Shown piece after piece: positions 13,516 to 25,949 of a DNA stretch of 64,000 nt. The position numbers and the translations under genes were made by a program. Where the stretch lies: positions 23,312,001 through 23,376,000 of the forward strand of contig NC_043016.1 in the NCBI RefSeq assembly GCF_006345805.1. Direction: 5' to 3'. The notes below the pieces were generated by a model. That model ran no database searches. It saw only the letters and a program-made list of their open reading frames with translations, and was not told the origin of the DNA. Position 1 is the first letter of the stretch. Every line of letters starts with the position of its first letter. This stretch comes from Octopus sinensis (lineage: Eukaryota).

Positions 13516-14220
13516 GTGAGTCGAGCTTTTGTTTCTTTAAAAAAAATCTCACATCTTTCTACTATCTTTTACCTGTTTCACTCATTAAACTGTGGCCATG
13601 CTGGGGTACCACGTTGAAGAATTTTTAGTTGAAATATCATATTTGATCTCAGTACTTATTTTCTTTTTAAGTCTGATACTTGTTCTATTGGTCTCTTTTG
13701 CTGAACTGCTAGGTTACAGGGACGTGTTTTCATGGAAGATTGGAAACAAACAACAGCAGTTATATGACAGTGATGGTTGTTTACGAGTATTGTATGATGT
13801 CAAGAAAAGGTGGAAAAATGCACACACACACACACCATACACACAAACAGACAGACACACATTTAGGATGAGCTACTCTCAATTTTCTGTCTGCCACATA
13901 CATTCACAAGGTTTTGATACTGAATCCCAAACCATGTGGGTTGGTTGAGAAGCATGCATTTTATTTTTAAACTTACTCAAAACTGTATTCTATGTATATC
14001 ATCATCATATATATATATATTTGCATTTTAAAAATGTATCAATTATAAGTACAATCTGAGCTACAAAGGGTACTTTCCATTAGGAATATAATGACAATGC
14101 ATTATTTTGCTTCCATCATATCAAATACTGATTAATCAACAGACACACAACTCTGCTGTTGCCTTTTAAGCCAAAACTCACAAGCATCAATTTATTGTTT
14201 GATTATAATTACCTTTACAG

Positions 14221-14306
14221 GTAAAAATTCAACTGCCAAATACCATGATGAAAGATATCTCACTGGATGTGAAACCTAAATTTCTAGATCTACGGACTCC
14301 CAAATA
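14221..14306 (+). CDS. DNAAF6: DNAAF6/PIH1D3 coding exon 5
   Basis: tttacAG / GTAAGT boundaries. Encodes VKIQLPNTMMKDISLDVKPKFLDLRTPK(Y), the start of the CS/PIH1 domain (KIxLPNT...LDLRTP). Confidence 0.95.
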
Positions 14307-14408
14307 GTAAGTGCCTCTGTTGTTCATTTTCTATCTTTGTGTTGAACAGTATAGTGGTCATGGCAGGAGTGGTCATTTTTCCCGTACTTGCTGTTATGAT
14401 ATAGTACC

Positions 14409-14442
<34 letters not shown>

Positions 14443-14444
14443 AA

Positions 14445-14667
14445 TAAAATTTTTGCATAATGAGATAAAAAACCAGGCTGTGTAGATATTAGAACATTTA
14501 TAGATAGAAGGTCTTACAGCTATTTCCAGGATATTTATTAATTATATCCTCCGATGAAGGGATATAATTAATAAATATCCTGAAAACAGTTGTAAGACCT
14601 TTATCTATAAATGTTCTAATATTTACACAGCCTTGGTTTTTTATCTCATTATGCAAAAAATTCTTAT
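14445..14667. repeat. Near-perfect palindrome (about 110-bp arms) centred on CCGATGA
   Basis: 14445-14550 is the reverse complement of 14558-14667 with few mismatches. Confidence 0.9.
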
Positions 14668-14718
14668 ATATATATAATATATACATATATATATAACAAC
14701 TGATGAATAATGTGTCAA

Positions 14719-14800
14719 TCCACTACAACTGTTTCCAACAAATTTTTTATTGATTAATGGAAACACTAGATCATTAGAAAAACTGTTTTCATCAGGTGAA
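14719..14800 (-). ncRNA. Type-I hammerhead motif (same family as 16305-16390)
   Basis: TTCAC CTGATGA AAACAG...TTGTTG GAAA CAG TTG T A GTGGA. Confidence 0.6.
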
Positions 14801-15061
14801 TACTTGAACCACAACATTCAAAAACATTCAAAAACCAATGGATGTGCATCTTCATGATTATATGACCCTTGGTAAATTGGAAAATGGTAACAATAATACC
14901 TTTTACTTGCTATTGTACTTTATCCCATTACATTACCTTATTTTATTTTACTTTTATTTTTTTCCATTATACTATTTCTAACTACTTCTTAATCATTTAA
15001 AAATTTCTACGATATAATTTGCATATTCACTATCTACCAATTCCATATTATATTATCCAAA

Positions 15062-15803
15062 TTTTTACCAAGGAAGGAGGTTATGTTTACATTGGCATTG
15101 GTTTGTCCATCTGTCCATCTGTGTGCAAAATAATTCAAAAAGTTGTGAACAGTATTTGATGAAACTTGCAGGAAAAGTTGGTAATGACATAAGGAACAGA
15201 TGAAATTTTGGTAGTGATCCGGGAATTTTTATGGATTCTTGAAGGATTTTTCATTTGTTATATTTACTTTACATAAAGTATTACAATGTTACAATCTTTG
15301 ATTATCTCCCTTGAAAACACATTGTTTCCACATAACCTATGGTGGCGTTGCTGTTTAGAGACAGTGTTGATGATGATGATGGTTGAGATAAGTATGGGAG
15401 GAGGATAAAATAGTTATAATTACGATAGGAGCAGTGTGATGTGTGATGCTGAGGTGATGGTGGTATTGCAGTGGTTATACAGGTTGTGGTGGTGAAAGTG
15501 ATTGTCAAGGTAACCTTCATAACATTGATGGCGGTGTATGTGGTTGAAGTGGAAGCAATGACAATGCTGATGATGACGTTGGTGGTTGTGAACTGCTTCA
15601 GATGATTCCTGTTTTTAAAAAATTTTTGTCTTAAAATCATATGGCCGTGTGTTTTTTTTTTTAATCCCCCCCCCCTCCCCCGCCAAGGAGGTTATGTTTT
15701 TACCGGCATTGGTTTGGGAAATTGGATGATTTTCAGCATGCTTCTATATGGGTGGAAATGAGCTGCTTGGCGGAGGTCTGCGCTCTCCAAGTGCTTTTCT
15801 AGT
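15062..15803 (+). mobile_element. Helentron/DINE-1-like non-autonomous element (two 5' ends, one 3' end)
   Basis: CCAAGGAGGTTATGTTT-like head at about 15068 and 15683. Subterminal inverted repeat CGCCAAG/CTTGGCG, 3' hairpin GCGCTCTCCAAGTGC, then TTTTCTAGTT. Confidence 0.55.
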
Positions 15804-16304
15804 TTTTATTATAATCCTTTTCTTTTATTATCCTTCTTTTACTATTATCCATTTGCTTTCATATACTTTTTTACTGTATGCTTTTTATTGTTTACTTTTT
15901 TACTTATCTAATTATTGATATGATGGCCACCCTTCTTATTACCTGCTTCCCCCATAGAATCTCAGATTTATTGTCTTGCTTTGGTGGTTCTTTTGGCTTT
16001 AAAGAAGGCTGTCAAATAAGTAAATAAATAACTGGGTGACCTTACACTTTGTACTTAGCCCTAAAACTGCTTGTTGAATAGAATTAAAAGATAAAAGGAA
16101 CTAACTCTCAGTTATAGGGGTGTGATGCTTTGCTATCTGATTCTCCCCACCTGCCATCTTCTAATCTCCTTCATTGCTATAAATCTTCATTAGCCCCTAC
16201 CCACACATGACATTGCATTATTTTCTCCTATGATACTACCAAACTGAACTAACAAATTCATTCCTGTTGTGTTTTGAATGTTTATGAATGATGTGGTTCA
16301 TGAA

Positions 16305-16390
16305 TTTACCTGATGAAAGCAGTTTTTTTTCTAACGATGTAATGTCTCCATTAAGCAATTAAAAAATTTGCTGGAAACAGCTGTAGTGAA
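16305..16390 (+). ncRNA. Type-I hammerhead ribozyme motif
   Basis: TTTAC CTGATGA(16310-16) AAGCAG...TTGCTG GAAA(16374-77) CAGCTG T A GTGAA: palindromic stem III ACAGCTGT, GUA triplet, 5-bp stem I. Confidence 0.75.
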
Positions 16391-16699
16391 TTGACAACAT
16401 TATCCATCAGTTGTTATTTATTTGTTTGCTATTCACCTCTCTCAGAACCTGTTATTTGCATAGATCTGAAGTATATTATGATCAGTACTTTTATTACAAT
16501 GTGTGTTTCTTGATTAGCCTCAGGCATATTGACATACTCAGTTGAGTACAGTTAAGCATCATAACCTGAATATCTTTCTGCCTGTACTTTGGTACCTGCA
16601 TATGTATTCTTCTAGTTTTGTTGTGTATGCATTTTATTTTTCGACCTGACCCAGTGCCTTACCATTTAAGTGCCTGGTTCATTTGAATCCTAATCTATT

Positions 16700-16716
16700 A
16701 TATGTGTGTGTATGTA

Positions 16717-16805
<89 letters not shown>

Positions 16806-16856
16806 ATGTGTGTGTGTGTGTGTACACATACACACACATACACATACACATATATG

Positions 16857-16947
<91 letters not shown>

Positions 16948-16980
16948 ATATATATACATATGTATATGTATGTATGTATC
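16700..16980. repeat. Compound (TA)n/(GT)n microsatellite (representative of dozens in the window)
   Basis: Direct inspection. Confidence 0.95.
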
Positions 16981-17095
16981 ATGTTGCTTCGAGTATATTT
17001 AGAAGTTCAGTGTAACATATTCTAATATTCTATATGACGAGGTATTGAACTCTATCATGACATTAACATTCATGTATCAATATAATATAGCATTA

Positions 17096-17330
17096 AGGTG
17101 GCGAGCTGGCAGAAACGTTAGCACGCCGGGCGAAATGCATAGCTGTATTTCGTCTGCCGTTACCTTTCTGAGTTCAAATTCCGCCGAGGTCAACTTTGCC
17201 TTTCATCCTTTCGGGGTCGATTAAATAAGTACCGGTTATGCACTGGGGGTCGATGTAATCGACTTAATCTGTTTATCTGTCCTTGTTTGTCCCCTCTATG
17301 TTTAGCCCCTTGTGGGCAATAAAAAAATAA
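17096..17330 (+). mobile_element. SINE family A (ggcgagctggcagaa head). Other copies about 18530-18745(-), 25220-25452(+), 37412-37625(+), 41396-41626(+), 44050-44270(+), 45706-45930(-), 50800-50990(-)
   Basis: Shared about 230-bp sequence with tRNA-like head and GAGTTCAAATTCC B box. The 41396 copy has a 14-bp TSD aatccatca(g/a)acag. Confidence 0.85.
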
Positions 17331-17491
17331 ATATGATATAGCATTGAATATATATTGTAAGATCTAAAGATATGTACACACTCTTGCACACATACATACA
17401 TACATACACACACACATACACACATACACATATACATACACACATACATACACACATACATACACACACATACACACACATGCATGCGCAT

Positions 17492-17536
<45 letters not shown>

Positions 17537-18354
17537 TGCAGTATTTCTCAGAATTAATTGTTTGGTTACTTGGGAGAAGCTCATAGTATAGAATTCCAGA
17601 CACAAAGCAAGACTTTTATAGGGTGAAGACCAACTTTTGGGGTGGCTAAGGGTGGCTCATGTTGCTTACTCCAGGATTGCTTTCTCTGAACATTTCAGTA
17701 GATAATCCATTTCTCACCACTTGTCACAATTTGCTTTAAAAAAGGCGTGTTTTCATTCTGTTTATAAAACAAATCACAGATGGAAATGCGATCCAAAAGG
17801 TTCTTCTCACTCAACTCATGTGGTATCCAAACATCGTAGTGATTTGTGTACCCAAGCTTTACCAGGTGCTCATGAACGATAAATTTTGATAGATTGAGGC
17901 TTTCTGCCAATTCTCGGGTTGTGCAATATGGGTTATTCTCAATTAATGACTTGATTTGGTCATCATCTGTAGTGGATGGTCTGTCTGATTGCTCTTTATC
18001 AACAAGCCTACAATCTCCAGTTCAGAACCTTCTGAACCACTTCCATACAGTTCTTTCGGATAAAGAAACATCACCGTAAACTGTGCATATTTCTTTGGTT
18101 GCTTGTGAGGCATTTTTCCCTTTACCGAAAAAGAAAAGCATCAAGTACCGAAAATGAACTTTCTTATCTTCCATTTTAAAGGGTTACAGAATTAACACAG
18201 GTTAAAGGAACATAAATCTTCTTCCACGAAAAGATAGCTTAAACTGTGCTCTAAATGGAGGTGTAGTCAAATCCTATTTTATGGACTGGACCATGTTCTA
18301 AAATAAGTCAAAAGGTAAGCTACTATAGATCGGCATGAACTTTATGTAGCCCAA
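17537..18354 (-). mobile_element. Mariner (DD34D-type) transposon fragment
   Basis: VWIPHELSEKNLLDRISIC...FLKQIVTSGEKWIIY and GILYYELLPSNQTINSEKYC; mariner-like terminus tattgggctacataaagtt near 18350. Confidence 0.85.
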
Positions 18355-18428
18355 TATATCTGTTGAAATGAGATGTCAGTGTTATTTTCATTTTAGCATT
18401 ATTTAGACGACAATTTATTCATTGCACC

Positions 18429-18465
<37 letters not shown>

Positions 18466-19234
18466 ATATGTATGTATTGCAAACAACTTGCACATGCAAG
18501 TGCTAGCAGTCGAAAGCTATACATACCTATTTTTTTATTACCCACAAGGGGCTAAACATAGAGGGGACAAACAAGGACAGACATAGGTATTAAGTCAATT
18601 ACATCGACCCCGTGCGTAACTGGTACTTAATTTATCGACCCCGAAAGCATGAAAGGCAAAGTCGACCTCGGCGGAATTTGAACACAGAACATAATGGCAG
18701 ACGAAATACGGCTAAGCATTTCGCCCGGCGTGCTAAAGATTCAACATACCAGAAGCCAGCAAGTGTATGGGGTCATCAGGAGAACTGGCAGAGCATTCCA
18801 TCTGCCAGTTCCCTTGTTGTTTGACGAGAATTTTCGTGCAAAAGTTAGTTTAATCACGCTTCATCAAACTCAGAAGGAGATGCGTCTTTGAGGTCAAAAT
18901 TTCCATTTTTGAACTTGGCATACCAATTACGAGTGGTTCTTTCAGCTACAGCACCCTCTCCATACATAGCACAAATGTTGTGAGCAGCTTTTGCAGCCTT
19001 AGAACCTTGATTAAAAGCAAAAAGTAGGTGTTGAAAATGCCTGTTTCCTTAACTTGACATTCCATTTTAATGATCTGAAAACAAACAAAAATTAACTAAA
19101 ATTAACTAGAAAAAGTCAAAATAGATTCCAAAATGATTCAAAAATAGAATTCTCAAAAACATGGATTCCAAAATTTAAAAATGCAATAAATTCCAAAATT
19201 TAAAAAAAACAGCACGAACTTAGTTGCCAACCCA

Positions 19235-19281
<47 letters not shown>

Positions 19282-19862
19282 ATAAGCATGTTGTGTTAAA
19301 AGACTAAAAAGAAAAAGAAAATATTTTTGAGAAGAAAAAGAAGAAGAAGAAGAAGAGGAAGAGAGAGAGGGAGAGAGAAAAGGGTTAGTGATTGAGATCT
19401 TATTAATTCCTGTCACATATGGAAGATACTCCCTCAGTAGGTCATTCATGTTTTAACAATAAAAAACAACTTAGCTGAAACATTCACTGAGATTTTCAGG
19501 TATGTTGTTTATGTAAGAAGAAGTAAACCTGCAGGAAAAATGTGATTATCATATTACAAGGCTGTTATTGTTTAGCCCAGGGTCAATCCTCATCCTGTGG
19601 ATTTGATCTATAATTATTTCACTGTTAACCATTCTGTCATTTTTTTAGGGTTATATAGTTATATTACTCTGAATGGAGACACAAGTATGGCTGTATGGTT
19701 AAGAAGCTTGCTTTGCAATCATGTGGTCCTGGGGTTCAGTCCCACTTCATGGCACCTTGAATGAGTGTCTTTTACTATAGCACTGGGCTGTTCAATGCCT
19801 GGTGATTAGATTTGGTAGATGGAAACTGAAGGAAGCCTGTATCCCATACATGTGTGTGTGTG

Positions 19863-19900
<38 letters not shown>

Positions 19901-20199
19901 TTCCTTAGTCTTTGTGTGTGGGTAATGTGCAGGTACAAATCTACTGAAAGAATGGACTGATACTTTCACCCTTTGTTGATAAGGAACAGGGAAGACAACA
20001 ACTGTTGACATTTTGTACAACATTAGACAGAATTACTATATGTAAATTGGTATCACTCCCATGAAAAATTGACTAAAGCAGTGTCGGTTTTTGGCATGTC
20101 TTTTACATGTAAAAACAATGTATATTTCTCTGAAAATCCAATGTGCTCACATTTAGTTCACCCAGGAACATAAGAATTAGACATTATCAATTTTGTGAT

Positions 20200-20975
20200 T
20201 GGATGAGTTGAAATTAAATTTGTTCAGCTCTGATGGCTAAATTGCACATGTAACATTGAACAAGAAAATAATTTCACCCAGTGTGCACAAATATGACAGT
20301 TAAGCATAGTGACAACAATGTTATGGTTGGGGTCACATGCCAGGACAAAGGGCTGGTCAGATGAAGAACATGAAGAATATACATAGCCAACTGAAAGATC
20401 TTGGAGACAGTTATGTTTTCATATGCCAAGAGTCATTTGAATTCATCATGGGTTTTTCAGCAGGACAATGACCCAAAGTATACTGCATGAATAATCAAAG
20501 AATTTATTAAAACCAATAATATCCAAGTATTGCAGTGGCCAGGGCAGTCACCAAATTAAAATCCAATAAAAACAACCTAAGAGTCACCATAAATACTCAA
20601 CAAAGGAAATCCAAGAAACTGAGTAAGGTGTATGACTCAATTTGGAAAAAATGAAAATAGAAGAAAATCCAGATAATGTGACCACCCAACTTATGGATGC
20701 AATGCCTTGTATATGTGATACCATTTTGAGAAATTTCTGATTTCTAGCCAAGCATTGGAGCCATATAATTTTATTGCCCTTGATCTTTAATACACACAGC
20801 CCATCCCATTGAAAAGAAATCATATCTTTTAGATGGTTTTGAATTAAGGTTGATTTTTATGACATTTGGTAATAATGTCAAATAATGACACAAAGAAGTT
20901 TTTAAATTTTCATCTTTAAAGTTACATCATTTAAAAGAATTTTTAAAAAAATCTCTTCTTACTCATACACAGTTT
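20200..20975 (+). mobile_element. Tc1-like transposon remnant
   Basis: Broken frames TVKHSDNNVMV.G, FQQDNDPKYT, QVLQWPGQSP.LxPI. Confidence 0.7.
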
Positions 20976-22301
20976 GAACTCCAATGTTAAATAAATGTAA
21001 ATATATACATAATCATTTATTGTCCACTTTTCTACACTTGCATGGGTCAGACAGAATATGCTGAGGCAGATTTTCTATAGCTGAATGCCCATCCTGTCAT
21101 CAGCTCTCACCTGTTTCCAAGTAAGCTAATATTTCCCCATTCCCAGACATGTTTACAAAGGTGATTGGGAATGAACATAATTTGTATGATGATAGCACTC
21201 ATTTACTACTGCCACTGCCTTCACCATTTGAATTCATCATGGGTTTGCAATTTTTTTTCTCCTGTCCATGTAGAAAAATACAGAAATTATAAATCTGGGG
21301 AAATATATTTTTATTTTAAAATTTAATTTTTCTTAAAGAAGATGCCCCTTCCAACACCTTGCCCACCCATTACCTACCCGCTTTCAAAAAGCTAAAACCT
21401 CCCAATGTTTCACTTTTGTCTGATATTTCACACATGTGTAGAATTGTACTGAAATAGCAGATGTACAAAATACCAGACCACCACCAGAAAACCTGACATG
21501 CTAGAAACAATAGGTTAACAACATTATTTCTGAAAAAACTTCCCCTCTTTCCAAAAAGCTAAAAGTGAAACATTGGGAGTTTTTAGTATTTTGAAAGTGG
21601 TGAGGTTATTAGTGGATGTTTGGGATGGAGATTTTAATGTTTCTTTAAGAAAAGGAAGGAAGAAAATACTTAAAGATTTGTACTCTGTTTTTTTTTCTCT
21701 CTGTGAATTACCAAGAAAAATATTTGGAAAAAGTAAAAGAAAAATGAAGAAATTGGGGTTGGTGGGGAGAAAATTGAAGTATTGAGAATGTGTTTTTTGT
21801 TCAAAATCCTAATCTCCTGTATTAAAAACATAGGAATCGGAAGACATTTATGAAAAAAAATTGAGATAAAGGACAGGATTTCTGGGAAAACTTCCTTCTA
21901 AGTTTATATTGATGATTAAATATGCTCATCACAAACTTGAATTACAGAATAGAAAAAATTGATTTCAATTGAATTTGAGTTGTAATTTTGCATATACATA
22001 CAGCAAGAAATAATATAATTTGTAAAGAAGTTTTACCTAGAGTGTGTGCGCGCGTGTGTGTGTGTGTGCATGCACCAGTGTGCCAAAGGAATTTATTTTA
22101 TGGCATTCTTTCATTTGAAGCAACAAAGTAAGTTGATCATATAGTCAATCATATGGGATCAAATGATTGTTCAGTGATTTCTATAAAAATTTTTTTTTAT
22201 TTCTTTATTTTTTGAAGAGAGCAGAAATTGAAAGGGAGGAGAAAGTGAAAGATGTATTTACGTGCATATGAAATGGACGTGAATAAACACACACATACAC
22301 A

Positions 22302-23591
22302 CAGATGGTGCAATGAATAAATTGTTGTCTAAATTATGCAAAAATGAAAATAAAACTGACATCTTATTTTAATAGATATATTTACCAAAATTGCCTAAAA
22401 ATATCTTGAAATACTAAAGAGTAAATTTATTCAATAAAATTGCCATTGGCTTCAACCATGGCCCCAAGACCACTTCAGAATTTTCTGCAACTCTTCTGAA
22501 TGGTCTCCTTGTTTAAGTTAGTGCATGCTGCCATAATCCTTGCCTTCACTTTATCTTTGGTGTTACAAGGAGTTTTGTTAGTCTCTTACTCAACTGTGCC
22601 CCACACAAGGGAGTTCCAGTCTGGGGAGTTAGGTGACCAGATCTTAGGGTTGATGTAGTTGCAGAAATTTTCTGACAGCCATGACTGGGTTCTCTTGCTT
22701 GTGTGGCATGGTGCAGAGTCCTGTTGCTAGACATAGGGTCTTCCAGTAGCCACCCTCTTCACCCAGGGCAGCACTACCTCCTCCAGGCACTTTATGTAGG
22801 CTCCGTGTTGAGTTTGAGGCCATGTGGGAAGATGAATGGGGGCATAACATGGCCTTCACTAGTGATCACTCCAAACACCATGATGTTGACAGGATATTTG
22901 ATTTTTATCATACATGGTACATGTTTTGGGATGCCACAAGACAATGGTTGTTCTGTGTGTTCACCATCTGATCCTGGCGGAAATTTTTCTTGTCAGAAAA
23001 AAATCAAAGCACATTCAGTTGGAGGAGATGCTTGAGTTTATTCAGAAGCTTCATTGTACGGTCTTTCTTCTTGTCCTTGATGACTTGGGATAAAAATTGG
23101 CCCTTTCTCAACCGGTATGAGGAATACTGAATGTCTTCATGCACTACCTGCCTGATAAGAATCTCAGACATTCCCATGTCCCTGGTGATGGACCTGATCG
23201 ACTTGGAGGGATTATTGTCAGTCATGGCCTGGATCTCACCAACAAATTCAAGAGTTCTTTTCTAATCAGAATGAACAGAGTGAGTTTTCTGAGCTGCTGT
23301 ACCTTTGTAATCACCATTAGATTCATCCAACTCTTTCCAAATCCTCTGCGCTGTCCTCAGATTCACACTCAAACACTCCCGAAATGTAGGTCTTGGAGCT
23401 TCTAGCGCAAATGCCAAGCAGTACAACATTCCAAGTATTTGGATGAGTGAATAGTGCCATAGTGCTGTTTTTCTCACAGACAGTGCCCGACAGACCCTAT
23501 CATGCTATGTTGTCAGCAAAATCAAAAACGAACAATGCTCATGATTGAAATTAAAAGTATAAATTGGCAACAATTTACTCATTGCACCCTG
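22302..23591 (-). mobile_element. Second DD37D (maT) transposon, decayed, with both TIRs
   Basis: TIR CAG(A)TGGTGCAATGAATAAATTGTTG versus the reverse complement at 23560-23591. Transposase remnants NPSKSIRSI..DMGMSE.LIRQVVHEDI.Y.SY..RKGQF and WSPNSPD.NSL. Confidence 0.85.
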
Positions 23592-23691
23592 TATATATAT
23601 ATATATATATATGTATATGTACATTCCTATATGTATACACACCCATATGCCTATATGTATATTCACACATATACAAAAAAAAAGACCTATG

Positions 23692-23730
<39 letters not shown>

Positions 23731-24226
23731 TCATTTTTATATATATACATGTATGTGCTCATATATACCAGATATATAAAAAAGAAGTGGGGGAGAAGAA
23801 AATATTAATTTTGTAGGGGAAGAAGGACAATGAGTGGATGTGGGTGTTGGGACTATATGTCTGTTTACGTAAGCACACACATTCTCTACAGGTTTACATT
23901 ATCATTGTGGATATGCATTTGAAGAATGTGCGTAGATAGTGAGGGTAAGGAAAGAGGTGTTAACTAGGCGGAAAGATTAATAGAAAATCAGTGGAGTAAG
24001 AAAAGGACAAAAAATAATTACTCTTTTACTCTTTTACTTGTTTCAGTCATTTGACTGTGGCCATGCTGGAGCACCACCTTTATTCGAGCAAATCGACCCC
24101 AGGACTTATTCTTTGTAAGCCTAGTACTTATTCTATCAGTCTCTTTTGCCGAACTGCTAAGTTACAGGGACATAAAACACACTAGCAACGGTTGTCAAGG
24201 GGGACAAACACAGACACACACATACA

Positions 24227-24265
<39 letters not shown>

Positions 24266-25949
24266 GACGGGTTTCTTTCAGTTTCCGTCTACCAAATCCA
24301 CCCACAAGGGTTTGGTTGGCCCGAGGCTATAGTAGAAGACACTTGCTCAAGGTACCATGCTATGGGACTGAACCCGGAACCATGTGGTTTGTAAGCAAGC
24401 TACTTACCACACAGCCACTCCTACACCTATGTTTATTTTTTTGTAGAGTTGGAAGATTAATGTGGAGATTAAGTAGGGCAGAATATTTGCCAATATTTGT
24501 CAAGCTTGGCTGTGTAGTTAAGAAGCTTACTTCACGACTGTGGCCTTGGGTTCAGTCCCACTGCATGGCACCTTGGGAAAACCTTGTGAGTGGATTTAAT
24601 AGATGGAAACTAAAAAAAAAAAGCTTGTTCTGTGTGTGTGTGTGTGTGTGCATGTGCGTGCGTGTGTTTGCGTACCCTAGTCTACACATGTAAGGTTTGT
24701 AAATGAGAATCATCATAGGAGTGAGGTTATTTCTAGTTTCCATGAAAACATGCCTGACCACAAGGAAAATATTACCTTGCTTGGAAATATGTGAGGGTTG
24801 GTGAGAAGAAGTGCACCAGACCCTAGAAAATGTGCCTCAATATACTACTTCAGACTCATGCAAGCATGGAAAAGTGGATGTTAAAATGAAGTTGATAATG
24901 ATGTGTACGTGTGTGACAATATGAATGCTTATAAATGTGGAAGGCGTGATGAATGGGTGGGATTAGAGAAAGGAAAACTGCTTAAGCTTATTAGAAAATC
25001 CATGCTGCACACAAAGATATGCCACTTTTCTTTAAGCTTTTATGAGGTTGTGAGAATCTTTGGTGTGTAGTGACTCGGGACATCGAGCAATGGGGACTGC
25101 TGACACGGCTGAGTGAAATGAAATGCATGTAACTGTGTGATGTGTTGAATGATGTTTGCAGAAAATGTTCAGTAAGCCCATTTGTATATATCCGACTCTA
25201 GTATTTTATTTGTTAAAAGGTGGCAAACTGGCAGAATAGTTAGCACGCCGGACAATATGCTTAGTGGTATTTTGTCTGCTGCTATGTTCTGAGTTCAAAT
25301 TCCGCTGAGGTCGGCTTTGCTTTTCATCCTTTCGGGGTCGATTAAATAAGTACCAGTTATGCACTGGGGATCAATATAATCAACTCAATCCGTTTGTCTG
25401 TCCTTGTTTGTCCTCTCTGTGTTTAGCCCCTTGTGGGTAGTAAAGAAATAAGTATTTTACTTGTTTTGTGTTTAAATCAGCCAAATTTGGCCTTTTGCAA
25501 GTACTCTACAATGTCATTCTAAAAATTGACAATCACATCATTGAAATCTTGAAGCTATGAGGTAATGCATAATTAATTCAAAACGATGTGAATAAATAAG
25601 CATACATTTGACTGAGTAAGATGAATGCTAAAGGGTTAATTGGAATTTGCCTTAGTTAGGGAAAGAAAATAAAATTCCACTGGCAATTGTTAGTGATCCT
25701 TAAAGAAAACAAAGGAGATAATTTGGAGACATAATTGTCATTCAGTCATTCAGTGAAATACAAACCAATGAAAGGTATGCAACTGTCACTAACTGTTTAC
25801 CGAAGTTCATGCCATTGGCTATTTGAGTTATTTTCCTTGGCTCATCTTTTTTTGTTGATTATGCAAATTTCTATAAGTTGAAAATCTTTGTAACTCTTTT
25901 TCTATATGCAAAAAAGAAAGAAACAAACAAAAAGACAAAAATCTTAATG

